A DNA stretch of 64,000 nucleotides, taken from assembly GCA_031400455.1 (NCBI GenBank), contig JANNPX010000014.1:13076-77075 (forward strand), in the 5' to 3' direction. This DNA comes from Chloroflexota bacterium (GTDB lineage Bacteria; Chloroflexota; Dehalococcoidia; DSTF01; JACRBR01). A model generated the notes under the pieces. The model was not told the origin of the DNA, made no database searches, and saw nothing but the letters and a program-made list of their open reading frames with translations. Shown here one piece after another: positions 8,521 through 17,816 of this stretch. A program made the translations under genes and the position numbers. Numbering within the stretch: position 1 is the first letter of the stretch; every line of letters begins with the position of its first letter.

Positions 8521-9852
8521 TTACGCGAACGCTGCCGCAAGCTCCGCCGCGGCCTCCCGCGGATCATCGGCGCCGCAGACGGCGCTGATCACCGCCGCTG
8601 AGTCCGCGCCCGCCGCGACTACGCTCGCGATGTTTGATGCGTTGATGCCGCCGATCGCGACGACCGGTACGCCCACCGCGGCCTTCACTTCGCGCAGGCG
8701 ATCCAGGCTCGCCGCGCGCGTCACGTCCTTCGATGATGTCGCGAAGATGGCGCCGATCGCGACGTAATCCGCGCCCGCAACCTCCGCAAGCCGCGCCTCC
8801 TCGGCGTTGTTGGTGGAGACGCCGATGATCATCTTGTTGCCGACGAGCGGCCGCACGTCTGCGATCGCGGCATCACCTTGGCCGAGGTGCACCCCATCGG
8901 CGCCCGCAACGACCGCGAGGCCGGGATAGTCGTTCGCGAACGAAATCGCGCCGCGCTGCCGGCAAAGCTCGAAGATCGCGCGCGCATCGTCGATCTGCTC
9001 GTGTTCGCTGCGGCGCTTGTCGCGCCACTGGATCACGGAAGCGCCGCCTTCGATCGCCGCGCGCGCAACGTCGATCGGCGATCGCCCGCGGCAGGCGTCC
9101 GGGTCGATGATCACGTAGAGGCCGGAGATCGTGCGCCGTCGCAGCCGCGCGGCAGCCGGCGCATCGAGTACCCAATGCACGTCGGCGTGCATCTGTAGCC
9201 ACGACGCGGGCACGTCGGCCGACGGCGGGCCTTCGATCGCCTCACGCACGATCGCGGCCTTGGCCGTTCCCGATGCCAGCACGACGATTCGTTTCGCTTC
9301 CAGCAGCTCCGCCACCCCCAGCGTGATTCCCTGCGTCGGTACGGCGGCCAGTGAGCCGAACGTCGCCGCATGTGACTCGCGCGATGCCGCCGTCAGCTCG
9401 ACGACCCGGGCGCGGGAGTCGCGTGCCGATCCCGGCTCGTTGAACGCGACGTGCCCGTTGACTCCAACACCGAGGACGCACAGGTCGAGGCCGCCCGCTC
9501 GCCGGATTGCATCGGCGAACGCGCGGATGTGTGCCTCGGGATCCTGCGCTGACGGGTTCGGGCAGTGCAGCGCTCGCTGCCCGAGATTGATGTGCTCTCG
9601 GTAGAAGTCGCTATTCGTGCCGGGCGTCGTGCGCGTCGTGCCGGCGAACTCATCGATTGCGTAGATGTCCGCGCGCGAGAAGTCCGCCGTGCCGGACGCC
9701 ATGCGTCGCGCCAAGTCCTGGTACGTGGCAATTGGTGTGTTACCGGTTGGCAGGCCGAGCCGCGCATCGGGCCGCTGGCGAACCGCATCGCAGATGATGT
9801 CCGCTGCTCGCATTGCCAGCGCTTGCTCGTCGGCCACGATCTCGATGCGCAT
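8521..9852 (-). CDS. nagB-thiE: Fusion of glucosamine-6-phosphate deaminase (NagB) and thiamine-phosphate synthase (ThiE)
   Basis: N-part: LGLPTGNTP, IDEF, LGVGVNGHVAFNEPG, VPASWLQ. C-part: LYVI, QWRDK, ADGVHLGQGD, DYVAIGAIFATSSK, PVVAIGGIN, SAAVISAV. No stop codon between the two parts. Confidence 0.88.
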   Translation of the reverse strand: MRIEIVADEQALAMRAADIICDAVRQRPDARLGLPTGNTPIATYQDLARRMASGTADFSRADIYAIDEFAGTTRTTPGTNSDFYREHINLGQRALHCPNPSAQDPEAHIRAFADAIRRAGGLDLCVLGVGVNGHVAFNEPGSARDSRARVVELTAASRESHAATFGSLAAVPTQGITLGVAELLEAKRIVVLASGTAKAAIVREAIEGPPSADVPASWLQMHADVHWVLDAPAAARLRRRTISGLYVIIDPDACRGRSPIDVARAAIEGGASVIQWRDKRRSEHEQIDDARAIFELCRQRGAISFANDYPGLAVVAGADGVHLGQGDAAIADVRPLVGNKMIIGVSTNNAEEARLAEVAGADYVAIGAIFATSSKDVTRAASLDRLREVKAAVGVPVVAIGGINASNIASVVAAGADSAAVISAVCGADDPREAAAELAAAFA

Positions 9853-9977
9853 CGGCGGCATCCTAGCATCGTCCTGCCGTTGACCGTAGCCCGCCCCGCA
9901 TCGATCATGCGGGACGCCCATCTCGTGGCGCGCCAACATCGCATATCCCGCCTCGGCGGGCGGAAGTGGAGCCTCAG

Positions 9978-10985
9978 ATGACGAAGCGGCTCGGTATCCA
10001 GATCGGTTTCACCGGCAGCCCGACAGAGCGCGACGAGATCGTTAAGCGCGTGCAGGTCGCAGACGACCTCGGTGTCGAGTCCGCGTGGGTGGCAGAAGCG
10101 TGGGGCCGCGACGCCTTCAGCATCGTCACGCAGCTCGCGCTGACGACGAAAAAGATCCAACTCGGCACCGCCATCGTCAACGTCTTCAGCCGCACGCCAG
10201 CGGTGATGGCGATGACGTTCGGCACGCTCGACGAACTCTCCGGCGGCCGCGCGATCATCGGCCTCGGCAGTTCCGGCGCGAACGTCGTCGAGCACTGGCA
10301 TGGCGTGCCGTTCGAGAAGCCCGCAACGCGGCTCCGCGAGTACATCGAGATCATCAACATGATCATGAGGCGCGAGAAGCTGAACTATGACGGAAAGGTC
10401 TTCAAGCTCGCCCGCGGCTTCACGGCGCAGTTCCCGACGTTTCGCGATCACATCCCCACGTACATCGCCTCGATTACCCCCAAGAGCATGGAGCAGACCG
10501 GCGAGGTCGCGGACGGCTGGATCCCGATCTACTGGCCGAAGGACAAGATCAAGTCCGGCATTGACACGCTGCTCGTCGGCGCGAAGAAGGCCGGCAAGGG
10601 CCGTGCCGACCTCACCGTCGCTCCCGCCCTGGTAATGCAGATCACCGAGGCGGGCTCCGACGACCAGATTCGCATGGCCGCGCGCGGCCCGATCGCCTTC
10701 TATGTCGGCCGCATGGGCTCCTACTACTACGAGATGCTGGAGCGCCACGGCTTCGAGGCCGAAGTAGCAAAGATCAAGGAAGGCTGGGCCGCCCGCGACC
10801 CGAAGGCGGCCGCCGCTGGCGTATCCGACCACATGCTCGACCAGACGGCCATCGTCGGGCCAATCGAGAAGTGCGTCGAGGAGATGAACGAACGCCGCGC
10901 CCTTGGCGTGGATCTGCCGCTGATCCCGATGCCCGGGCGTGATGCCTCCGAGATGGGGAAGATCCTCGAGAAGCTGCTCGCGTAA
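9978..10985 (+). CDS. LLM-class (probably F420-dependent) oxidoreductase
   Basis: AEAWGRDA, SRTPAVMAM, SGGRAIIGLGSSGANVVEHWHG. Confidence 0.92.
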   Translation: MTKRLGIQIGFTGSPTERDEIVKRVQVADDLGVESAWVAEAWGRDAFSIVTQLALTTKKIQLGTAIVNVFSRTPAVMAMTFGTLDELSGGRAIIGLGSSGANVVEHWHGVPFEKPATRLREYIEIINMIMRREKLNYDGKVFKLARGFTAQFPTFRDHIPTYIASITPKSMEQTGEVADGWIPIYWPKDKIKSGIDTLLVGAKKAGKGRADLTVAPALVMQITEAGSDDQIRMAARGPIAFYVGRMGSYYYEMLERHGFEAEVAKIKEGWAARDPKAAAAGVSDHMLDQTAIVGPIEKCVEEMNERRALGVDLPLIPMPGRDASEMGKILEKLLA

Positions 10986-11016
10986 GCACGTTCGCACCGC
11001 TTCTCGGGGCACGAAT

Positions 11017-11054
11017 GTGGCAAGCGAGGTGTCACGTGACATAACGCTTGCCAC
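11017..11054. repeat. Nested palindrome GTGGCAAGCG..TGTCACGTGACA..CGCTTGCCAC
   Basis: 10-bp outer arms around a perfect 12-bp inner palindrome, downstream of the LLM gene. Confidence 0.6.
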
Positions 11055-11245
11055 GAGCCGGAGTCCTTTCGTTCCGCATCACCTGCACAGAATCCGCCGG
11101 AACCTGCCGATACTACTCCTGAAATACAGACCGGAAGTGACCGGGCAGCGTCAACATTGGCGCCGCCGTAACGTCAACTATCCGGCCTGCGTTTGTGAGG
11201 GTAGGCGGGTTCTGTCGGCATGACGAACCGCGCCAGAGGGGCGCT

Positions 11246-11668
11246 ATGCGGATCATCGGTCGGTCGCCCAGCAAGCGTCGGAGCAGGCGCGGCGAGCGCG
11301 GTCAGAGTTGCGTCGAGATCGGCATCATTCTGCCGCTCTTTCTCATCTTGATCCTCGGCGTCGTCGAAGTGAACGCGGCGATGAACTCGTACATCAGCGT
11401 CGTCAGCGCCAGCCGCGACGGCGCGCGCCTTGGAACAAAGGGCGCGGCCACGGACGCCGCCATTCAGGCGCTGGTCCAGAAAGACCTCGAACGCCTGCCG
11501 AACACCACGCCGCTCTCCAACATCACGATCACCCATCCGACCGTTGCGGGCACCGAATCCGTGAAGGTCCAGGCATGCTACGACCACTCGCTCCTGGTGG
11601 GTGTGAGGCTCGTCGTGCCCGAGGACTTCCACATGTGCGCAACCACGACGATGCCAAAACTGAATTGA
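11246..11668 (+). CDS. TadE-family minor pilin
   Basis: RGERGQSCVE class III signal, hydrophobic helix, ASRDGAR. Confidence 0.88.
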   Translation: MRIIGRSPSKRRSRRGERGQSCVEIGIILPLFLILILGVVEVNAAMNSYISVVSASRDGARLGTKGAATDAAIQALVQKDLERLPNTTPLSNITITHPTVAGTESVKVQACYDHSLLVGVRLVVPEDFHMCATTTMPKLN

Positions 11669-11676
11669 GGACCGCC

Positions 11677-12999
11677 ATGGGGCTGCTGAAGAAGATCCAC
11701 GCCAATGATTCGGCCCAGGTGTTGCCGATGTTCGTCATGCTGCTCGTCGTCTTGGTCGGCATGATCGGCCTCGCGACGGATCTCAGCAAGATCTACGTCG
11801 CGCGTGCCGAACTCTCGCGCTCGGTCGACGCTGCGGCGCTCGCTGGCGCGAAGGAGCTCCCCGATATCACTGCCGCGGACCTCAAAGCTCGCGCCTACAT
11901 CACGGAGAACGAGCCGTACGCGACGATCGATGTCTCCGTCTATCCTGATGTCCCTGCGCAGCAGGTCGGCGTAACCGCGACGAAGACCGTGAACACCATC
12001 TTCATGAAGATGTTCGGTATTGGCAGCGTGAAAGTCAGCAACGACGCGTTGGCTGGCTTCGGAGTGATCCCGGTCGACGCTTACGTGACGCTGGACGCCA
12101 CGGGAAGCATGAACGACGGCAATGGCACCTCGAGCGACCCTGACTGCAACTCGACGGAAACCGGTGGCAACGGCCCGGGCGACGTGTGTCCGATCAAGGA
12201 AGCCAAGGATGGTGCAGTCAACTTCGTCAATACGCTGCTGAGCGACAACGACGTGAGTGGCCTCACACTCGTCGGACTCGGAGCGTTCCGCGGTTGCTAC
12301 AACCTCCCACGAAACAACACGAAGTGCGTAGATGCGACGGCTCCCGGCTCGATGATCACGAACCTCACCGGCACAAAGTCGACCCTGCTCACCGGCGTCG
12401 GCAATATCTATGCGATCCGTGGCCCCGGTCAGCCTGTCGGCGGTTCTGGGACGAACATCTGCGAGGCGCTGAAGAAGGGGCAAGATGTCTTGTTTGGCGC
12501 AGGCTCTCACTCGGCATCCAACACGCGTCGCTTCCTGGTCATCCTCGGTGACGGTGACAACGTCTACAACGCCGACGAAGTGAACCAGACCAGCCCGCAA
12601 TCCCCGGAGTCGCCGTGCCGTCCTTCGAGCCCGAGCACCAACGACGGCAACGTCGGCTCCGCCTGTCTCAACAACACCCAGACGCAGGAAGGTAAGGTCG
12701 ACACGCTGTCGCAGACCGAAGCGACGACGCTCAAGAACGCGGGTGTCGAGATCTACGTCATCGCATTCAGCCTCTGCGGCGGCATCCCAGCGAATAACTC
12801 CGCGCTCTGCAATACCGCGACCATCGGCCTGACGGGTGCCGGGTATCCCGATAGCACCGCCGACCGTAACCTTCTGAAGTGCGTTGCCGCGTCGTCCGGT
12901 GGGACGAACGACCACTACTTCGAGACGGCGACGGCCTCCGAGTTGCCCGGCATTTTCTCGACCATCGCTCAGCAGATCTCCTTCAGGTTGATTCAGTGA
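11677..12999 (+). CDS. TadG-like pilus-tip protein with vWA domain
   Basis: Pilin-like N-terminus, DAAALAGA, MIDAS-like LDATGSM, GTNI, ILGDG, GVEIYVIAF. Confidence 0.87.
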   Translation: MGLLKKIHANDSAQVLPMFVMLLVVLVGMIGLATDLSKIYVARAELSRSVDAAALAGAKELPDITAADLKARAYITENEPYATIDVSVYPDVPAQQVGVTATKTVNTIFMKMFGIGSVKVSNDALAGFGVIPVDAYVTLDATGSMNDGNGTSSDPDCNSTETGGNGPGDVCPIKEAKDGAVNFVNTLLSDNDVSGLTLVGLGAFRGCYNLPRNNTKCVDATAPGSMITNLTGTKSTLLTGVGNIYAIRGPGQPVGGSGTNICEALKKGQDVLFGAGSHSASNTRRFLVILGDGDNVYNADEVNQTSPQSPESPCRPSSPSTNDGNVGSACLNNTQTQEGKVDTLSQTEATTLKNAGVEIYVIAFSLCGGIPANNSALCNTATIGLTGAGYPDSTADRNLLKCVAASSGGTNDHYFETATASELPGIFSTIAQQISFRLIQ

Positions 13000-13493
13000 T
13001 GCGAAAACTATTCCGCTTGCGCGGACTCCTACGCAGGCCCGAGAGCGGCCAGTCGCTCGCTGAGTTCGCGCTCATCGCGCCGATCTTCTTCCTGCTGGTG
13101 TTCGGCATGGTGGACCTGTCGCGCGCGTTCCAGTCGTACACGACCATCCAGGAGTCGGCCCGCAGCGGCGCGCGCTACGCGGTCACGGGGCGCATCGATT
13201 GCACCGGTGTCGCCATCCAGAGCCGCGACGCCTGTATCAGGAAGACCGTCGCCGACCGCGTTGCCGCGCTCACGAACCCCACGTCCACGACCGTTTCCTA
13301 CCGCAGTTGGGGGTACCCCGCGTACGCCGATCCGCCTGTGCAAAACAATGCAGGCGTGCAGTGCGATGCGGTCGAGATCGAGGTGCATTACACGTACGAG
13401 CCGATGACCCCGATCTTCAGCAAGCTCATCGGCACCGTCGGCATGGCTGCGAAAGAGCGCCTCGTCAACGAACCGTTCGGCCCCTGCTCGTAG
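12999..13493 (+). CDS. TadE-family minor pilin
   Basis: ESGQSLAEFALIAP, ARSGARYA; TGA/ATG overlap with the upstream gene. Confidence 0.9.
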   Translation: MRKLFRLRGLLRRPESGQSLAEFALIAPIFFLLVFGMVDLSRAFQSYTTIQESARSGARYAVTGRIDCTGVAIQSRDACIRKTVADRVAALTNPTSTTVSYRSWGYPAYADPPVQNNAGVQCDAVEIEVHYTYEPMTPIFSKLIGTVGMAAKERLVNEPFGPCS

Positions 13494-13592
13494 CTCCCAC
13501 CTCTCGTCCGATCTTGTAGGGCCACGTGGCGGACAGCTTCGCGGGTGTGCGAATGCCGGCGCGTCGGACTCGCCCTTTGCGCACGGATCAGC

Positions 13593-13621
13593 TTGACACT
13601 AGTAGGGGCCGGTGTTAGATT
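13593..13621 (+). promoter_or_regulatory. Sigma70-type promoter for the Rieske/cyt b operon
   Basis: TTGACA, 17 bp spacer, TAGATT with an extended -10 TG. Confidence 0.65.
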
Positions 13622-13700
13622 CCCGATTGAAACGGGATTCACAAATGGCGTCAGGGATCCGGCCACGCGGCTAGCCCGGCGCTGTCAGGAGCCTCCCTTC

Positions 13701-13877
13701 ATGACGCGGGTTCTGCTGAGTGTGCCCACCCCGTCGAGCTTCTACGACTACTTCAGGAATCTCGTCGATTGGCCGCCGAAATCGACTTCTGACGCTGGCG
13801 AGCTTATCCTCGTCGGCTTCACACTGGCAGTCTCGATGAGCATCATGGTCGCATTTGGCCAGTGGTGGTCGCGGTAG
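13701..13877 (+). CDS. Small single-TM protein leading the bc operon
   Basis: AGGAG RBS; 58 aa with a C-terminal hydrophobic helix; ends 17 nt before cyt b. Confidence 0.55.
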   Translation: MTRVLLSVPTPSSFYDYFRNLVDWPPKSTSDAGELILVGFTLAVSMSIMVAFGQWWSR

Positions 13878-13894
13878 TCGGAGGAATGTAGCGG

Positions 13895-14650
13895 ATGTCG
13901 GTCTCGGAGCAGCCAAAAGGCCCCGGTCTGGGCGACTTCATCTACGATAAGCTCTTCCACAACTACATCTGGCGGTCGATCTTCCGCTCCGGCTACCCCA
14001 ACACCCCCCGGAACCAGATGCTCGCGGTCGCGACCAGCGTGTTCCTGCACCTGCACCCGACCCGCATTCACAAGACCCACGTCAAGATCACGCATACCTA
14101 CTGCCTCGGCGGTCTCAGCTTCTTCATGTTCCTCGGGTTGACCGTCACGGGCGTGATGCTCATGTTCTACTATGTGCCCTCGGTCGACCGCGCATACAGC
14201 GACGTCGCCGCTCTAAACACGAACGTTCGCTTCGGCATGCTGATTCGCAACCTGCACCGCTGGATGGCGCACGCCATGGTGATCACCGTGCTGCTGCACA
14301 TGATGCGCGTCTTCTACATGGGCGCGTACAAGCCGCCGCGTGAGTTCAACTGGGTCGTCGGCGTCATCCTGCTCGTGCTTACGCTGCTGCTTTCGTTCAC
14401 CGGCTACCTGCTGCCGTGGGACCAACTGGCGCTCTGGGCTATCACCGTGGGCACGAACATCGCCGGATCGGCGCCCGTGCTGGGTGGCCAAACGCGCTTC
14501 GTTATGATCGGCGGCTTCGAAGTCGGGCCGGAGGCACTGATCCGTTTCTACACGCTCCACGTCATCGGCTTACCGCTGCTCGCCGCCATCTTCATGTCGG
14601 TGCACTTCTGGCGCATCCGCCGTGACGGCGGCCTGGCGCGTCCGCTCTAG
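13895..14650 (+). CDS. petB: Cytochrome b6-like (short) cytochrome b
   Basis: [50 protein letters not shown]. Confidence 0.95.
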   Translation: MSVSEQPKGPGLGDFIYDKLFHNYIWRSIFRSGYPNTPRNQMLAVATSVFLHLHPTRIHKTHVKITHTYCLGGLSFFMFLGLTVTGVMLMFYYVPSVDRAYSDVAALNTNVRFGMLIRNLHRWMAHAMVITVLLHMMRVFYMGAYKPPREFNWVVGVILLVLTLLLSFTGYLLPWDQLALWAITVGTNIAGSAPVLGGQTRFVMIGGFEVGPEALIRFYTLHVIGLPLLAAIFMSVHFWRIRRDGGLARPL

Positions 14651-14668
14651 GCAGAAGGTAGGAGCACC

Positions 14669-15793
14669 ATGGCGATAGCGACAGAAAAGGCCGCCGGCGC
14701 GAAAGAGACCGTCCGCCAGAAGCGTGAACGCGATCAAGAGCTCCTCGTCTGGCCAGATCTCGTCTTTATCGAGTTCATCTGCGCCATCCTCTTTACGCTG
14801 ACCTTCGTACTGCTCTCTGTGTTCGTCAACGCGCCGCTGCTCGACCGCGCGAACGCCAACATCACCCCCAACCCCTCAAAGGCGCCCTGGTACCTGATGA
14901 GCCTGCAGGAGTTGCTCCTGCACATGGACAAGGGCCTGGCTGGCGTTACCGTCCCCACTATTGCGCTGGTCGTGCTGATGGCTATCCCGTACACGGACAG
15001 GAGCAACGACGGCCAGGGCACCTGGTTCGGCACGGCAAACGCGGTCAAGATCACCGTCTTCAGCGCGATCTACTCGTCGTTCGTCATCCCGTGGACCATC
15101 CTCTGGGACGACGGTGCCCACGTCCGGATTTTCCGCCAGTTCCCGGTCACGTTCCACCTCACGGACGGCAAGATCCGCTGGCTCGGCGATCGTCAGCCGT
15201 TCGAGTCGTGGACGTGGCTCGGTATCGGCGACGTGTTCCAAGCCATCTGGGGTTTCGTCTTCCTCAAGAACCGCCTCGCGATCCGCGACGAGTGGCAGTG
15301 GAGCCTTAAAGTCCCGTTCCAGCCCGGATCCGGGAATCACGACGGCTACCTCGACTGGCCGCGCGACGTCGACCGCATACCCATTCCGCTTAACGGCACG
15401 TGGCTTTGGCACTGGGGCGAGCCCGGCTGGATGCCCGGTTGGATGAGTCACGTCTACTGGTATGACAAGCACCTCAATATCCCAGCGATCATGGCAGAGT
15501 ATGTCGTGCCGATCGTTGCGACGCTCTTCTTCATCTTCGCCCTGCTCGCCATCATCTGGAAACTCGGATGGCTCAACACGGTCCGAGATGGATGGATCGC
15601 GATCTTCACCGGCTTCATCATGTTCTACTTCTCGCTGACGATTATTGGCGCCGCATTCCGCGGCCGCGGACAGCAGCTTGTGCCAGCGCCCAGCGTGCCG
15701 GACCTCGCAGATGATCCCGGCATCATGCGCCAGATCACACCAGACAGCCTGCGTTACGGAATCTACGATCCTGGAAGCGATACCCATGCCTGA
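14669..15793 (+). CDS. petD: Cytochrome b subunit IV-like protein with a long membrane extension
   Basis: VWPDLVFIEF, TPNPSKAPWY (PEWY-equivalent), IPYTDRS; lies between cyt b and Rieske. Confidence 0.8.
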   Translation: MAIATEKAAGAKETVRQKRERDQELLVWPDLVFIEFICAILFTLTFVLLSVFVNAPLLDRANANITPNPSKAPWYLMSLQELLLHMDKGLAGVTVPTIALVVLMAIPYTDRSNDGQGTWFGTANAVKITVFSAIYSSFVIPWTILWDDGAHVRIFRQFPVTFHLTDGKIRWLGDRQPFESWTWLGIGDVFQAIWGFVFLKNRLAIRDEWQWSLKVPFQPGSGNHDGYLDWPRDVDRIPIPLNGTWLWHWGEPGWMPGWMSHVYWYDKHLNIPAIMAEYVVPIVATLFFIFALLAIIWKLGWLNTVRDGWIAIFTGFIMFYFSLTIIGAAFRGRGQQLVPAPSVPDLADDPGIMRQITPDSLRYGIYDPGSDTHA

Positions 15794-16481
15794 CGAGACC
15801 GAAGAAGCGCCGAAGCCGGCGAAGGCCGACGCTGAGACAGCCGTTACGAAGGCAGCTCCCGCAGGCGGCGCGCTCGCCACTCCCGGCGCGCCTGCGATCG
15901 TTGTTGTTCAGCCCGCGCCAACCGGCGTCCAGATGCCGAACGTGTCGCGCCGTAAAGTGATGCTCATTGGCTTCTGGGGAGCAATGGGGGCGATGATGCT
16001 GGGCATCGTCACGACGATCCTGAACAGCCTCTATCCGCGCAATGTCGCGGGGTTCGGTGGCACCGTCTACGTCGGCACCGTCGACCAGCTCAAGAGCGCG
16101 ACGGGGCAGAAGCTCCACAACCTGGATGCGAAGGCGTGGATCGTGCTGCTCACGGGCGAACAGGTGCGGCGAAATCCAGGTGCGCAGGAGGGCTCCGTCA
16201 TTGCCCTTTACCACAAGTGCCCACATCTGGGTTGCACCGTGCCGTGGCGCGCGGACTTCTCGCGTGAGGATCCGCGCAGCCAGGAGACCTACGGCGGCTG
16301 GTTCAACTGTCCCTGCCACGGTTCTACGTACAGCGACGCGGGCGTCCTCGTCTTCGGCCCGGCCCCGCGGTCGATGGACACAATGGAACTGTCGATCGTT
16401 GATGGGAAGATGACCATCAGCACCGGCAAGATCAGGCTGGGCGATGAGAACAATGCCACGCGGGCGATTCTGCCGGGCTAG
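15786..16481 (+). CDS. petC: Rieske iron-sulfur protein
   Basis: Tat-like SRRK plus TM; CPHLGC and CPCHGSTY; GPAPRSM. Confidence 0.95.
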   Translation: MPDETEEAPKPAKADAETAVTKAAPAGGALATPGAPAIVVVQPAPTGVQMPNVSRRKVMLIGFWGAMGAMMLGIVTTILNSLYPRNVAGFGGTVYVGTVDQLKSATGQKLHNLDAKAWIVLLTGEQVRRNPGAQEGSVIALYHKCPHLGCTVPWRADFSREDPRSQETYGGWFNCPCHGSTYSDAGVLVFGPAPRSMDTMELSIVDGKMTISTGKIRLGDENNATRAILPG

Positions 16482-16499
16482 GCGCCAAAAAGGGCACGC

Positions 16500-17729
16500 A
16501 TGAACACCAGCAAGCAGATCAACATCATGGTGGCGCTCGTCTTCATGTCGGTGCTGGCGACCGGCGCATACACGATGTGGGATCCCGATCGAACGGCCGA
16601 CGCCCGCAAGGGCGAACTGCACCGGACGGTCGAGCGTGGCGCGTTCCTGTTCTCCCAAAACTGCGTCGTGTGCCACGGCGACAGCGGCGAGGGTGGCTCT
16701 GCGTCAAACCGCCTGAAGCTCGCGCCCGCGCTCAATCGCCCCGATCTGCAGGGTATCGACGCAACGACCGGCCTCGTGAGCGAAACCGACAAGAAGCTGC
16801 AGTTCAAGCTCATCGTCAATACCCTCACCTGCGGTCGCATCGGCAAGGCGATGCCCACGTGGGGGCAATCGCAGGGCGGCACACTGAACGACGAGCAGAT
16901 CCGCCAGCTGGCCACGATGATGACCGAGGGCACCGGCTGGGAGACGTCGAAGGAATTCGCCATCGAGGGTGACGAGGAGTATCACTACACGGGCTACGCC
17001 AGCGCCGGCATCAAACTCGCGCAGGCGCTCGATGCAACCAGCACAACCGTGTTCCTCTCCGACGTCGCGGTTCTCGGCAAAGGACTGCGCATCGCGGTTC
17101 CATTGCCGGGCGAGGATCCCGCTGAGGAAGGCACCCCCAAGGTCGAGCTTATGCTCATCACCGAGACGCCAAACAAGGATCAGAAGAGCGTTGCCGTTGA
17201 GCGCGGCCTGGGCACGACCAGTCCAGTTGCGCACGACGCAGGCGCTGCGGCGTGGCTGCCTCCCGTCCCGCCGGACCCGGCGCCGATCACGCAGCCGGCT
17301 TGCGGCCAGAACCTGCCCGCGGCGGTGCCGACGGCTGGCGCGGCGGATCCGTCGGCCACACTCAGCATCATCGCCCAGGGCACCGCGTGGGATACGACGA
17401 CGCTTGTTGGCATCGCTGGTGTGCCGCTGACCCTCACGTACGACAACAGGGACGCGGGGGTTGCCCACAATATCAACTTCTTCAACGGTGCGGACGCGAC
17501 TGCTGAGAGCATCGCTTCAACGGAGATAGCTCCCGGCCCTGAGACGCTGACCCTCAACTTCGGGCCGCTTGACGCAGGTGACTACTTCTACCAGTGCGAT
17601 ATCCACCCCGGCCAGATGGAGGGCACGTTGAGTGTCGTCGAAGCGGGCGCCGCTCCCGCTGCCGATGCGGCGCCGACAGCTGCGGCCGATGCGCCCGCCG
17701 CCGACGAGACGCCGGTCGCGACGCCTTGA
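16500..17729 (+). CDS. Membrane-anchored cytochrome c fused to a C-terminal cupredoxin
   Basis: N-terminal TM, CVVCH, MPTWG axial Met; C-terminal HNINF...YQCDIHPGQM type-1 Cu ligands. Confidence 0.9.
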   Translation: MNTSKQINIMVALVFMSVLATGAYTMWDPDRTADARKGELHRTVERGAFLFSQNCVVCHGDSGEGGSASNRLKLAPALNRPDLQGIDATTGLVSETDKKLQFKLIVNTLTCGRIGKAMPTWGQSQGGTLNDEQIRQLATMMTEGTGWETSKEFAIEGDEEYHYTGYASAGIKLAQALDATSTTVFLSDVAVLGKGLRIAVPLPGEDPAEEGTPKVELMLITETPNKDQKSVAVERGLGTTSPVAHDAGAAAWLPPVPPDPAPITQPACGQNLPAAVPTAGAADPSATLSIIAQGTAWDTTTLVGIAGVPLTLTYDNRDAGVAHNINFFNGADATAESIASTEIAPGPETLTLNFGPLDAGDYFYQCDIHPGQMEGTLSVVEAGAAPAADAAPTAAADAPAADETPVATP

Positions 17730-17816
17730 CGTACCGGCGACCGCAAACTTAGACTGCCGCGCAGGACGCGTATGGGACGCGTCCTGTCCTGATCTCACAC
17801 AATCACGGAGGGCGTC

